DNA of 64,000 nt from Deltaproteobacteria bacterium (GTDB lineage Bacteria > Myxococcota > Kuafuiibacteriia > Kuafuiibacteriales > Kuafuiibacteriaceae): contig JAVJQW010000061.1 in assembly GCA_040218735.1 (NCBI GenBank), forward strand, positions 292,768-356,767, given 5' to 3'. Shown piece after piece: positions 1 to 9,476 of this stretch (positions within the stretch are counted from its first letter, which is position 1; the number at the start of each line of letters is the position of its first letter). The notes under the pieces are model-generated. The model saw only the letters and a program-made list of their open reading frames with translations. It did no database searches and had not been told where the DNA came from. A program made the translations under genes and the position numbers.

Positions 1-1038
1 CTCGCCGCGGAACCCGTCGCGGCGTTGAAGCTGGTGTGGGTCGCCGTGTGGTGGTGGGCCGCAACGTCGAAGCTCAACCGCCACTTCCCGTCCGTCGTCT
101 GCGTGATGATGAGCAACAGCCCGTGGGTGCCGCAGTTCTTCCGCAAGAAGATGTACGTGGCGTTCCCGGACGACCTCCGCCCATCCCGCCTCGCGACGGT
201 GCTCGCGCACGCCGGCACCGTCGTCGAGTACGCGTTCCCCGTGGTGTTGCTCCTCGGCGACGGCGGCCCCCTCACCTTCGGCGCGCTCATCACGATGCTC
301 GGCTTCCACGCCTTCATCACGAGCAACGTTCCGATGGGCGTGCCGATCGAGTGGAACGTCGTGATGGTGTACGGCGGCTTCCTCCTCTTCGGCGCGCACG
401 CCGACGTCTCCGTGAGCACCGCGGGCTCAATCCCGCTCTACGCGATCCTCGCGTTTGCGCTCGTCCTCGTCCCGGCGTTCGGCAACCGCTTCCCGCAGTT
501 CGTCTCGTTCTTGCTGTCGATGCGCTACTACGCGGGCAACTGGGCCTACAGCGTGTGGCTCTTCAGGGGCGACGCCTCCGAGAAGCTCGACCGCCACCTC
601 ACCAAGTCCGCGCCGCGCGTCTACGATCAGCTCACCAAGTTCTACGAGCACGAGACGATCGTCGCGATGCTCTCCAAGGTCGTCGCGTTCCGCGCCATGC
701 ACCTGCACGGGCGACTGCTCACCCTCCTCGTCCCCAAGGCCGTCGACGACATCGACGCCTACGAGTGGCTCGACGGCGAGCTGGTCGCCGGCGTCGTCAT
801 CGGGTGGAACTTCGGCGACGGGCACCTGCACGACCACCGCCTCCTCGCCGCCGTCCAAGACGCGTGCGGGTTCGAGCCGGGTGAGCTGCGCTGCATCTTC
901 GTCGAGTCGCAGCCCATGCTCGACCCGAAGCTGTCCTGGCGGATCTGGGACGCCGCGACCGGCGAGGTCGAAACCGGCGAGACGTCGATCGACACCCTCG
1001 AAGCCCGCCAGCCCTGGGGCGCCGCGCCGAACACGTGA
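1..1038 (+). CDS. DUF3556-like integral membrane protein (5'-partial)
   Basis: Frame 1 is open from base 1. Motifs SKLNxHFPxVV, PMGVPIEWN, SMRYYAGNW and GWNFGDGHLH resemble the DUF3556 family. Confidence 0.7.
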   Translation, partial: LAAEPVAALKLVWVAVWWWAATSKLNRHFPSVVCVMMSNSPWVPQFFRKKMYVAFPDDLRPSRLATVLAHAGTVVEYAFPVVLLLGDGGPLTFGALITMLGFHAFITSNVPMGVPIEWNVVMVYGGFLLFGAHADVSVSTAGSIPLYAILAFALVLVPAFGNRFPQFVSFLLSMRYYAGNWAYSVWLFRGDASEKLDRHLTKSAPRVYDQLTKFYEHETIVAMLSKVVAFRAMHLHGRLLTLLVPKAVDDIDAYEWLDGELVAGVVIGWNFGDGHLHDHRLLAAVQDACGFEPGELRCIFVESQPMLDPKLSWRIWDAATGEVETGETSIDTLEARQPWGAAPNT

Positions 1039-1078
1039 CATCACCGTCGGTCGGCCGCATGATGGGCCCCCGGCGGCG

Positions 1079-1723
1079 ATGACCACCCAGACGGAACAGA
1101 GCGTCGAGACCAACGTCGAGCTGAAGAAACGCGCCGGCCTGATCGCCTCGTTCTCCTACGCGATCGACGGCGTGCTCCGCACCCTCTGCTCCCAGCGCAA
1201 CATGAAGATCCACTGGGTCTCCGGCCTCGCGGTCATGCTCGTGGGGATGGCGCTCGAGCTCGACCTCGCCTCCCGCGCCAGCGTCATCTTCTGCGTCTTC
1301 GTCGTGATCTGCATGGAGGTCCTCAACACGGCCTTCGAGGCGTTCGTCGATCTCCACATCAAGAACTTCGCGCGCCACGCGATGGTCGCGAAGGACGCCG
1401 CCGCGGCCGCCGTCCTCGTGCTCGCGGTGTGCGCGGTTGTGGTCTTCGCGGACGTGCTCTTCCACCGGTGGGCCATGGTCGAGGCCAGCGGTCCCGCAAT
1501 TCAGCGCACCGTGCTCTGGGGCCTACCGCTCCTCGGCATGGTGGGGCTGATCCTCGGCATGACACGCCGTGTCGTCCTCATCGTCGCGCTCGGATTCGCC
1601 GCCGTCGGAGCCCTCTCCGTGCTCGCGTGGTTCTCGCGCGACGAGATCTTCAGCCTCGGCGCGCTCGGCTTCGTCGTCAGCGCAGTGGTTGCACGGCTCC
1701 GCGAACCGGCCCTCGAGGCGTAA
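1079..1723 (+). CDS. Diacylglycerol/undecaprenol kinase (DgkA family) with extra C-terminal TM helices
   Basis: SFSYAIDG, RNMKIH, EVLNTAFEAFVD and AKDAAAAAVL match prokaryotic DAGK. ATG at 1079 lies in the frame of the 455..1723 ORF. Confidence 0.8.
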   Translation: MTTQTEQSVETNVELKKRAGLIASFSYAIDGVLRTLCSQRNMKIHWVSGLAVMLVGMALELDLASRASVIFCVFVVICMEVLNTAFEAFVDLHIKNFARHAMVAKDAAAAAVLVLAVCAVVVFADVLFHRWAMVEASGPAIQRTVLWGLPLLGMVGLILGMTRRVVLIVALGFAAVGALSVLAWFSRDEIFSLGALGFVVSAVVARLREPALEA

Positions 1724-1794
1724 GTCGCGCCGCCGAACGAAACGACTCAAGTTGAATCCAATCGCGTCCGATACATAATCGCGGAAGAGAGCAG

Positions 1795-2910
1795 ATGGAG
1801 TTCATATCGCTCATCTTCGACACCTTTGGCTTCCCACCGCGGTGGAGCTGCGGCGTTTGGTCGCAGTCGCTCGGGTGGACGCACATCGTCTCGGACCTCG
1901 CGATCTTCGCGGCCTACGTCGCGATCCCGATCGTCCTCGCGTACTTCATTCGCGAACGACGCGACCTCCCCTTCCCGGGGATCGTGTGGATGTTCGCGCT
2001 GTTCATCCTGTCGTGCGGCAGCGGTCACTTGATCGAGGCCATCATCTTCTACTTCCCCGTCTATCGACTGTCGGCGGTCGTGAAGGTCGTCACCGCCGTC
2101 GCTTCCTGGGGCACGGTGATCGGTCTCATCCCGGTCGTACCCAAGCTCCTCGCGCTGCGTAGCCCCAAGGAGCTGCAGGACGAGATCGACCGACGCGTCG
2201 TCGTCGAGTCCGAGCTGCGCAAGAAGAACGAAGAGCTGAACGAGTTCGCGTACGTCGTCTCGCACGATCTCAAGGCGCCGATCCGCGCCATCGCGAGCAC
2301 GGCGCAGTTCCTCCGCGAGGACATCGAAGACCGCGCCGCCGTCTTCGAGCACCTCGACACCATCGAACGACGCACCGTCCGTATGGAGCGGCTCATCGCG
2401 GGGCTGCTCGAAGTCGCGCGCGCCGGGCAGGTCACCGGCAAGGTCGAACACGTCGACCTCGACACGCTGGTGCGCGAAGTCGTGGACCAGCTCGGCGACG
2501 CCGCGAAGGCACGCGTCGAGCTCGAGGGGAACGTCCCCACCTTCTTCACGTACCGCCTCGGCTTGGAGCAGGTCCTCGCAAACCTGATCTCCAACGGCCT
2601 CAAACACTCCGAGAGCGACGGCTCCAAGGTCACCGTGTCGCTCGACGACGAGGACGGCGGCTTCGTGCGCTTCGTGGTCGCGGACGACGGCCCCGGCATC
2701 CCCGCCGAATATCGCGACCGTGTCTTCGGCATCTTCCAGACCCTCAAACCGCGCGACACCTTCGAGTCCACGGGGATCGGGCTCGCCGTCGTGCGCAAGG
2801 TCGTCGAGTCCGTACAAGGGCAGATCTGGGTGGAGGACAGCCCGAGCGGCGGCGCCGCGTTCGTCGTGCGCTGGCCGAAGCGGATCGAAACGGAGGCGTC
2901 GAAGCTGTGA
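1795..2910 (+). CDS. Sensor histidine kinase with N-terminal ethylene-receptor-like (ETR1-type) 3-TM domain
   Basis: N-terminal SDLAIFAAYVAIP...FILSCGSGHL; HisKA SHDLKAP; N box NLISNGLKH; G1 DDGPGI; G2 GIGLA. Confidence 0.85.
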   Translation: MEFISLIFDTFGFPPRWSCGVWSQSLGWTHIVSDLAIFAAYVAIPIVLAYFIRERRDLPFPGIVWMFALFILSCGSGHLIEAIIFYFPVYRLSAVVKVVTAVASWGTVIGLIPVVPKLLALRSPKELQDEIDRRVVVESELRKKNEELNEFAYVVSHDLKAPIRAIASTAQFLREDIEDRAAVFEHLDTIERRTVRMERLIAGLLEVARAGQVTGKVEHVDLDTLVREVVDQLGDAAKARVELEGNVPTFFTYRLGLEQVLANLISNGLKHSESDGSKVTVSLDDEDGGFVRFVVADDGPGIPAEYRDRVFGIFQTLKPRDTFESTGIGLAVVRKVVESVQGQIWVEDSPSGGAAFVVRWPKRIETEASKL

Positions 2911-3554
2911 ACGACCTCGTCTACCGACTCTCCCACGATCTCCGCGCACCGCTCCGCGGCGCGGCTTCCTCCACGGAGTGGATCGTCGAAGGCCTCGGCG
3001 ACGAGATGCCCGAGGACGTCGCCGACGCCGTGTTCTCGCTTCGCCACTGCGTCACCCGCATGCAGTCGCTGCTCGACGGGTTGCTCGAGGTGTCACGCGC
3101 TGGGAGCGCCGACGGCACGTCGACGTTCGACCTCGCCGAGCAAATCGAAATCGCGGCCGAAGCGATCGAAGGCCTCGACGTCGAGGTCCGCGGCCACGCC
3201 ACCTGCGTCGGTCGGAGCGCCGACTTCTCGCGCGCCTTCGCTCCGTTGCTGGAGAACGTGCTTCACCACAGCGACGGCGCCACGCGCGCGTTCGTCGACG
3301 TGAGCGTCCAAGACGGCACGGCGTTCATCCTCGTGAAGGACGAAGGCCCCGGCGTCGCGGATCCGAACCGTGCGTTCGAGCTGTACGTCACGCGCTTCGG
3401 CGCCTCCAACCCGCAGCACGTCGGCGTCGGGCTCACGATCGCCCGCACCGCCGCCGAAGCCCACGGCGGCACCGTCACGTTCATCGCGGCGCCCACGCCC
3501 GGCACCACGGTCCAGATGACCTGGCCCTGCGCACCCCCCGGAGACCCACCATGA
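2907..3554 (+). CDS. Sensor-less histidine kinase (HisKA + HATPase_c)
   Basis: LSHDLRAPL, LLENVLHH, DEGPGV, GVGL; GTGA overlap with the upstream gene. Confidence 0.75.
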   Translation: MNDLVYRLSHDLRAPLRGAASSTEWIVEGLGDEMPEDVADAVFSLRHCVTRMQSLLDGLLEVSRAGSADGTSTFDLAEQIEIAAEAIEGLDVEVRGHATCVGRSADFSRAFAPLLENVLHHSDGATRAFVDVSVQDGTAFILVKDEGPGVADPNRAFELYVTRFGASNPQHVGVGLTIARTAAEAHGGTVTFIAAPTPGTTVQMTWPCAPPGDPP

Positions 3555-3982
3555 CCCGACAAGCCCTCCTCATCGACGACGACATCGTCGACGTCGAGAC
3601 CGTCCGTCGCGCGATTCGCCGCAACCGGATGGACGTCGAGCTCACCGTAGCGCACGACGGTGTCGAAGGACTCGAAGTGCTCCGGCGAGCCAGCACCACG
3701 CCGCCGATCCCGATCCTCCTCGACCTCAACATGCCGCGCATGAACGGCTTCGAGTTCCTCGACGTCATCCGCGCGGACCCGAAGCTGAGGCTCCACCAAG
3801 TCTTCGTCCTGACCACGTCGAAAGCCGACGTCGATCTGCTGCGCGCGTACGACCGCTGCGTCGCGGGTTACATCATCAAGCCGCTCACCTTCTCGAAGTT
3901 CTGCGAAGCCCTTCAGGCCATCGACGGCCTGTGGCGGGTCAACGAGCTCGTCCCAACGACCGCCGTCGGCGCGGAGCGCTGA
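3551..3982 (+). CDS. Single-domain response regulator (Rcp1-like)
   Basis: LLIDDD...LLDLNMPRMNGFE...VLTTS...YIIKP; ATGA overlap with the upstream kinase. Confidence 0.85.
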   Translation: MTRQALLIDDDIVDVETVRRAIRRNRMDVELTVAHDGVEGLEVLRRASTTPPIPILLDLNMPRMNGFEFLDVIRADPKLRLHQVFVLTTSKADVDLLRAYDRCVAGYIIKPLTFSKFCEALQAIDGLWRVNELVPTTAVGAER

Positions 3983-3996
3983 AGGGGTCCCGGCGC

Positions 3997-6141
3997 GTGA
4001 AGACTCCAGGCTCCGACCACGCACGCGCCTCCTCCGGCCGCGTCCTCTTCGTCGACGACGACACCCTCTGCGCCCGCGCGTTCCGACGCTCGCTCGTGCG
4101 GCGCGGCTACGCCGTCGACATCGCGACGACCGCCTCCGAAGCCCTGTCGCTCGCGCGCCGCTTTCACTACGCCGTGATCGCGACGGACCTCATGATGCCC
4201 GACGCCGACGGCCTCGACATCATCCGCCGCATCCGAAGCCTCCAACCCGACGCCGCGTATCTGATGATCACCGGCAAGACCGACCTCCGCCTCCCGGACA
4301 CCGAAGAGGCCGGGATGATCTCGCAGATCGTCTACAAACCCTGGGACGACAAGATGCTCATTCAAGCGATCTCGTCGGCCAGCAACCGCCACGCAGAACG
4401 CATCGCGGACCGCTTCGTCGCGCTCGCGACCGTCGACGAGAGTCAGGACGCACACGTCCTCCTCGTCGAAGACGACCCGACCGACGCCGCTCGCGTGCGG
4501 CGCGCGCTCAAGCGCGCTGGCCCGACACGCTACATCGTCACCCACGTCGAACGCCTGAGCGACGCGATGACGCTGCTCGGCGAGTCGTCCTTCGACCTCG
4601 TCCTCCTCGACCTGACCCTCCCCGACGCGCGCGGGCTCACCGCCATCGCGATGGTGCACGCGACCGTGCCCAACACCCCGATCCTCGTGGTGAGCGGCAT
4701 GAACGCCGAGTCGATCGCGTACCAGTCGGTGCAGATCGGCGCGGAGGATCACCTCGTCAAGGACAAGGTCGACGACGCGAGCCTCGTGCGTGCCATGCGC
4801 TTTGCGATCGAGCGCAACCGCGCGCGCGATCGCATCGCGTACCTGTCGAACTTCAACGCCCTCACCGGACTACCGAACCGTTCCACCTTCCGTGAAAAGC
4901 TCGGCGCGCTGTTGCACGCGCCGGAGCTCGATGGGCGCGAGATCGGCGTCCTGATGTTCGACCTCGACGGCTTCCGCAACGTCAACAGCGTCTACTCCGC
5001 CGACGTGGGCGACGCCGTCCTCCGCGAGATCGGCGAGCGGCTCCGCGCCGAAGCGAAGAAGACGGAGTTCGTCGCGCACCTCGCTGGCGACGAGTTCGCG
5101 GTCATCGTGGACCACATCGACAACGTGCTCGATCTCGAAGACGCCGCACGCCGGATCCTCAAGGTCGTCACGATGCCGATGCGCCTCGGCGCGAGCGAAG
5201 TGATGACCACCGCGAGCGCGGGCGCCTGCGCCGCCGCCCTGGGCGACGATGCGGACGAGGTCATCCGCAACGCGGAGGAAGCGATGCTCGCCGCCAAGCG
5301 CAGCGGGCGCGGACGCTTCGCGATGCACCGACGCGAGGTCATCACCACCGACCTCGGCCGGCTCTCCCTCGAAGCCGACCTCGCCAACGCCCTCGGACGC
5401 GACGAGTTCGTCGTCTACTACCAGCCGAAGATCGACACCCGCGCGGGGCGCGTCGTCGGGCTGGAGGCCCTGATCCGCTGGCAGCACGAAGACCGCGGCC
5501 TCGTCCCGCCCGGCGAGTTCATCCCGCTGTTGGAGGAGACCGGCCTGATCGTCCCCGTGGGTGAGTGGGTCCTTGAGACGGCCTGCCGGCAGCTCGAAAC
5601 GTGGCAGACGCGGATGGAAGACCCGGACCTGAGCGTCGCGGTGAACATCGCGGCGCGCCAGCTTCGTGATCCGATGCTCGTCGAACAGGTGTGGCGGTCG
5701 CTCTCCCGACTGAACGTGAACCCCAAGACGGTCGAGCTCGAGCTCACCGAGAGCGCGCTGATCGACGGGGACGACGCGCTCGAACGACTTCAAGCGCTCG
5801 GCGAGCTCGGCGTCACCCTCGCGGTCGACGACTTCGGCACGGGGTACAGCTCACTCGCCTACCTCGAGCGCTTCCCCGTCGACGTGCTCAAGATCGACCG
5901 CGCCTTCGTCGGGCGCTGCGACACCAACGACTCCTCGCGCTCGCTCACCAACGCGATCATCCTCCTCGCCCGCGCGCTGGAGCTCGACGTGGTCGCCGAG
6001 GGCGCCGAGACCCAGGCGCAAGTCGACTTGCTCTCGGAGCTCGGGTGCGACGTCGTCCAGGGGTACTACTTCGCCAAGCCGATGCCCGCCTCGGTGTGTG
6101 GCCGCTGGCTCGACGACTTCTCAGGCCGCCGCGTCGCCTGA
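3997..6141 (+). CDS. REC-REC-GGDEF-EAL diguanylate cyclase/phosphodiesterase
   Basis: Two receiver domains; LTGLPNR and an AGDEF variant; YQPK, EALIRW, ELTES, DDFGTGYSS, KIDRAF, QGYYFAKP. Start (GTG 3997) uncertain. Confidence 0.9.
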   Translation: MKTPGSDHARASSGRVLFVDDDTLCARAFRRSLVRRGYAVDIATTASEALSLARRFHYAVIATDLMMPDADGLDIIRRIRSLQPDAAYLMITGKTDLRLPDTEEAGMISQIVYKPWDDKMLIQAISSASNRHAERIADRFVALATVDESQDAHVLLVEDDPTDAARVRRALKRAGPTRYIVTHVERLSDAMTLLGESSFDLVLLDLTLPDARGLTAIAMVHATVPNTPILVVSGMNAESIAYQSVQIGAEDHLVKDKVDDASLVRAMRFAIERNRARDRIAYLSNFNALTGLPNRSTFREKLGALLHAPELDGREIGVLMFDLDGFRNVNSVYSADVGDAVLREIGERLRAEAKKTEFVAHLAGDEFAVIVDHIDNVLDLEDAARRILKVVTMPMRLGASEVMTTASAGACAAALGDDADEVIRNAEEAMLAAKRSGRGRFAMHRREVITTDLGRLSLEADLANALGRDEFVVYYQPKIDTRAGRVVGLEALIRWQHEDRGLVPPGEFIPLLEETGLIVPVGEWVLETACRQLETWQTRMEDPDLSVAVNIAARQLRDPMLVEQVWRSLSRLNVNPKTVELELTESALIDGDDALERLQALGELGVTLAVDDFGTGYSSLAYLERFPVDVLKIDRAFVGRCDTNDSSRSLTNAIILLARALELDVVAEGAETQAQVDLLSELGCDVVQGYYFAKPMPASVCGRWLDDFSGRRVA

Positions 6142-6191
6142 GTTAGGCCATAACGGTCCCTCGCTTCGCGAGTGACCTCGGCACAGACCTC

Positions 6192-6217
6192 AGACCCGCC
6201 GCATTCGCGGCGGTCTT
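6192..6217 (+). terminator. Hairpin after the GGDEF-EAL gene, possible terminator
   Basis: AGACCCGCCGC ATTC GCGGCGGTCT imperfect stem-loop with a weak U tract. Confidence 0.35.
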
Positions 6218-6222
6218 CGACG

Positions 6223-6456
6223 TAGGAGGCCGTATCAGATAGCCGGGGTGGGAGTGCCCAGGATCGGCTTCGCTTTCGGCGACGGGCGGGGACCTCCCCT
6301 CCGGTCAGAAGCCGTTCGTCTCGCCGGATGTGGCCCCTCGGCTTCGCTGTTTGCCGCGGTGGGCGAGCCGCTGACCGGAAGAGCGTCCCCGGCCGACGCC
6401 AAAAGCGAAACCGGACCTGGGCACTCCCCCGCCGGCTATCCGATACGGCCCCCTAG
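6223..6456. mobile_element. ~235-bp palindromic MITE/REP-like element with ~85-bp imperfect inverted arms
   Basis: Left arm TAGGAGGCCGTATCAGATAGCCGG...GGGAGTGCCCAGG...CCGGTCAG (6223-6308) pairs with right arm CTGACCGG...CCTGGGCACTCCC...CCGGCTATCCGATACGGCCCCCTAG (6371-6456). Confidence 0.6.
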
Positions 6457-8357
6457 ACCGCGGTCGGCTCGGCGCCGGCGGCGGACTTCGGCGCCTCGTC
6501 CTTCGCGGACGGCACGCGCCCCGCGTAGACCGTTGTCACGATGCCCGCGACCGCGGCGCACCACGGGAACAGGACGCCGCCGAAGGCGAGGCCCGCGACG
6601 ACCAAGGGCGGCAGCAACGTCGCGACCCACGCGCGGCGGCTCGACGCGGAGGCGATCCGCTCCAGGCGATCGACGAGCTTCGGGACCTGGCCGATCGCCG
6701 TGACCGCGATGCGGGGGGCGGAGGGTTCGAGCTTCATCCCCGGCCGCGGGGACACGACGCGGAGGCGCAGCCCCTTGCTCGGCGGCTCGGTGGTCTCGGC
6801 GAGGAGCGTGCCGTCGCGGCCCTTCGTCGGCGGCCCGTCGCGCGTGACGCCGGCGGCCTTCGCGACGGCCTCGCGCGTCGCATCCGGGAGGCCCGGCATC
6901 AGCGTCGCCTCCAGCGCCTGCGCCGCGGCCTTCGCGTCGGCGTCGGCGCGAACGTCGATGCCGATGGCGCCGACGATCCCCTGCGCGGGCTCCCCGAGCA
7001 GGAACACCACCGGCTTCTGGCCGCGCAAGAAGTCGAGCGTGCCCTGCGTCGATTCGTCGAGCGCGAGCCCGTCGACCTTCTCGATGGCGGCCTCGGGCCC
7101 GAGGTACCAGCGACGCCCGTTCACCGTCCCGCGGTAGACGCCGTCGACCTTCTCCAACGCCGCGCCGGCCAGCGACTCGAGCTTCTTCTTCTCCATCGCC
7201 GCACGGACACTCGTGCGTTCGGGGATCGGGTCCTCCGACAGCAGCGCCGCAGAGAGCGCGAGGATCGTGTCACTCGCGACGTCGGCGAACGGTGCCGCCT
7301 CGACCGCGCCGGGCGCCGCGAGGAGCAGCGGATCGATCTGCCACCGACGCACGTGCGCCAGCGCGAGCACGTCCTTCGCCCGTGTGACGAACACACCGGC
7401 GCGCTTCGCCTCCAGGAGCAAACTCACCCGCCCGAGGGTCCCCGCGAGCGCAGGCGCCGCCGCGGCCGCCGCGACACACGCCGCCGCGACCCCCGGGAGC
7501 CAGGTCGAAACCGTCTGAAGATCCGATCGCCACAGCACGATCGCCACCGCACCCGCCCCCAACAACAACACCCACAGCGCCGCCGCGCGGTGCGCGCCGC
7601 TCGTCTCCAACAGCTCGGCCCCGACCGACGCCGCGAAACGATCACGCTGCAGGATCAGGCTGTCGTCCTGGGTCGCGCCGACCGCGATCTGGAGATCGGG
7701 GATCGACGGGACCGTGCCGGCGAAGACGTACTCACCGACCTTCTTCGCGGTCGGGAGCCCGGGCCCGCACAGCTGTGTCTCGTCGACGAAGCCGGTGCCG
7801 TTGAGGATGACGCCGTCGACGACGAGCTCCTCCTCCATCTCGGCCGCGAATCGATCACCCTTCACGAGCGACGCCGCCGGGACGTCCGCGTGTTTCGACG
7901 CCTCTTCGCGAAGCAGACGGACGCGGTGATCGGCGTCGAGCGTGCGCGGCTGGAGGCGCTTCGCGGCGCGTGCCTTCTGCAGCCGAACGAACGAGACGAG
8001 GAACGTCACCGCCCCCGCGACCTCGAGCCCGGCCGGCAGATAGACCACGCGCTCGGCGGGCTGCCACAGCGCGAGGACCGGCATCGCCACGCCGAGGAGC
8101 GCCGCGATCGGCCACAGCCCGAGGTCCACGAACACGTCGCGCTCGGGGCGCGCGTACCACGCGAAGAACACGGCGACGCCGACGAGGATCAGCGCGGAGA
8201 ACAGCACCGCGTCGTCCCGCGGTACGTCCGGCGCTCCGACGAAGAGGAGCCCGCGCAGCCCGAGGCCGGCCAGGAGCGCGATCGTCCCCACCGCGAGCCC
8301 GAGGGACGCGCGGGCGCGCCCCATCACCTTCGATTCGACGTCTTTGGAGTCGGCCAA
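6453..8357 (-). CDS. Degenerate P1B-type ATPase-like membrane protein
   Basis: Actuator-like segment VDGVILNGTGFVDETQLCGPGLPTAKKVGEYVFAGT and other P1B-like segments occur in order. TGE, CPC, DKTGT, HP and GDGxND are not conserved. Confidence 0.6.
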   Translation of the reverse strand: MADSKDVESKVMGRARASLGLAVGTIALLAGLGLRGLLFVGAPDVPRDDAVLFSALILVGVAVFFAWYARPERDVFVDLGLWPIAALLGVAMPVLALWQPAERVVYLPAGLEVAGAVTFLVSFVRLQKARAAKRLQPRTLDADHRVRLLREEASKHADVPAASLVKGDRFAAEMEEELVVDGVILNGTGFVDETQLCGPGLPTAKKVGEYVFAGTVPSIPDLQIAVGATQDDSLILQRDRFAASVGAELLETSGAHRAAALWVLLLGAGAVAIVLWRSDLQTVSTWLPGVAAACVAAAAAAPALAGTLGRVSLLLEAKRAGVFVTRAKDVLALAHVRRWQIDPLLLAAPGAVEAAPFADVASDTILALSAALLSEDPIPERTSVRAAMEKKKLESLAGAALEKVDGVYRGTVNGRRWYLGPEAAIEKVDGLALDESTQGTLDFLRGQKPVVFLLGEPAQGIVGAIGIDVRADADAKAAAQALEATLMPGLPDATREAVAKAAGVTRDGPPTKGRDGTLLAETTEPPSKGLRLRVVSPRPGMKLEPSAPRIAVTAIGQVPKLVDRLERIASASSRRAWVATLLPPLVVAGLAFGGVLFPWCAAVAGIVTTVYAGRVPSAKDEAPKSAAGAEPTAV

Positions 8358-8376
8358 GCCAGTGTTCAGCGCTTGT

Positions 8377-9456
8377 TCAGCGAGGCCGGACCGCGAGGGC
8401 CCACGGAGAGATGTCGTCGAGGTGGATCTTCTTCACGTGTTGACCGTCGGCCACGGAGATCGCGTGGATCGCGCCGCCCGTGCCGTCGACGACCTGCGCG
8501 GTGTAGACGTGTTTGCCGTCGCTCGCGAACGCGATCTGCGACGTCGGGTCCGGCGTCTCGACGCGGTGGCGAATCTCGCCGCTCGCCGCGTCGATCAGGA
8601 CCACGCCGATGCCGACGTTGACCGCGACCGTCGCGCCGTCCGGCGACACCGCGACGCCGCGCAGCGGGTACGCACGGTCGAGCATCAGCGCCGACGTCGC
8701 GCCGCTCTTCAGGTCCACGACCAGGACCCGCGACGGGTAGCCCTCGACGGGGAGGTACGCGCGGCTGCCGTGGCGGACCGCTTCGTGACGCACGCGGAAG
8801 GGCTGGTCGGCGCCGCCCTGCCCGGCGAGCGGATCGATCTTCGTGCCGTCGGAGGACAGGGGCTCGGAGCCGCTGATGGTGCGGACCCGACCGTCCTCGG
8901 TGAGGACGAGATCGTGGCCGCCGTCTCCCGCGCGGCGCGCGGCGAAGAAGATGCGCTGGCCGATGGTCTCCTTGTTCGTCACGCGCTTGGACGCGACGTC
9001 GTACGTCGACAAGAAGAACGGCAGCACCTCACGCGACTTGTCCGGGTTCACGATCACTTGGTGCGACAGCGCGGTCACCGTCTTGCCGTCGTCCGCGATG
9101 TCGATCGCACGCACCGGCGTGGTGATCGGGTTCGCGAGCTGCTGATGCGCGTGCCCGTCGAAGACGAACATCCCGCCGCTCGCCGCGACGTACGCGGTGC
9201 CATCGTCGGCGAACCGAATCTGTCGCACCGCGCGCCCGAGCGGCACCGACGCGACGACTTCACCCTTCGCGAAGTCGACGACGCGCAGCACCGTCGACGC
9301 CGCGTACACGACGTCCGTCGGTCCTTCGACCTCGGGCGCCGCGGTGACCGCCTTCGCCTCGGTCGCGACCTCGGGTTTGCTCGCGTCTTTGCAGGCGAAC
9401 AGGCTCGCCCCCGCCATGAACACGGCCAGCGCCGCGGTTGATGTCGTTCGCTTCAT
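8377..9456 (-). CDS. Beta-propeller lipoprotein (YncE / QHNDH beta-subunit-like)
   Basis: Lipobox SLFA-C; repeated S/A-x-DG blade motifs; DGKTVTAL...EVLPFFLSTYD resembles QhpB. Confidence 0.65.
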   Translation of the reverse strand: MKRTTSTAALAVFMAGASLFACKDASKPEVATEAKAVTAAPEVEGPTDVVYAASTVLRVVDFAKGEVVASVPLGRAVRQIRFADDGTAYVAASGGMFVFDGHAHQQLANPITTPVRAIDIADDGKTVTALSHQVIVNPDKSREVLPFFLSTYDVASKRVTNKETIGQRIFFAARRAGDGGHDLVLTEDGRVRTISGSEPLSSDGTKIDPLAGQGGADQPFRVRHEAVRHGSRAYLPVEGYPSRVLVVDLKSGATSALMLDRAYPLRGVAVSPDGATVAVNVGIGVVLIDAASGEIRHRVETPDPTSQIAFASDGKHVYTAQVVDGTGGAIHAISVADGQHVKKIHLDDISPWALAVRPR

Positions 9457-9476
9457 GGTCACCGCCCTACTCTCTA

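Noticed and set aside
455-1078. Ser/Thr-rich N-terminal extension of DgkA
   Set aside because: Off-frame overlap with the DUF3556-like gene; the real start is ATG 1079.
1795-8357. Functional link between the ethylene-receptor-like kinase and the P1B-like protein, as with plant RAN1
   Set aside because: The operons are convergent and separate, and the ATPase-like protein lacks CPC and the catalytic motifs. There is no support beyond proximity.
9457-9476. QhpC-like or RiPP precursor next to the radical SAM gene
   Set aside because: The flanking gaps are only 11-20 bp, and no convincing short Cys-rich ORF was found nearby.
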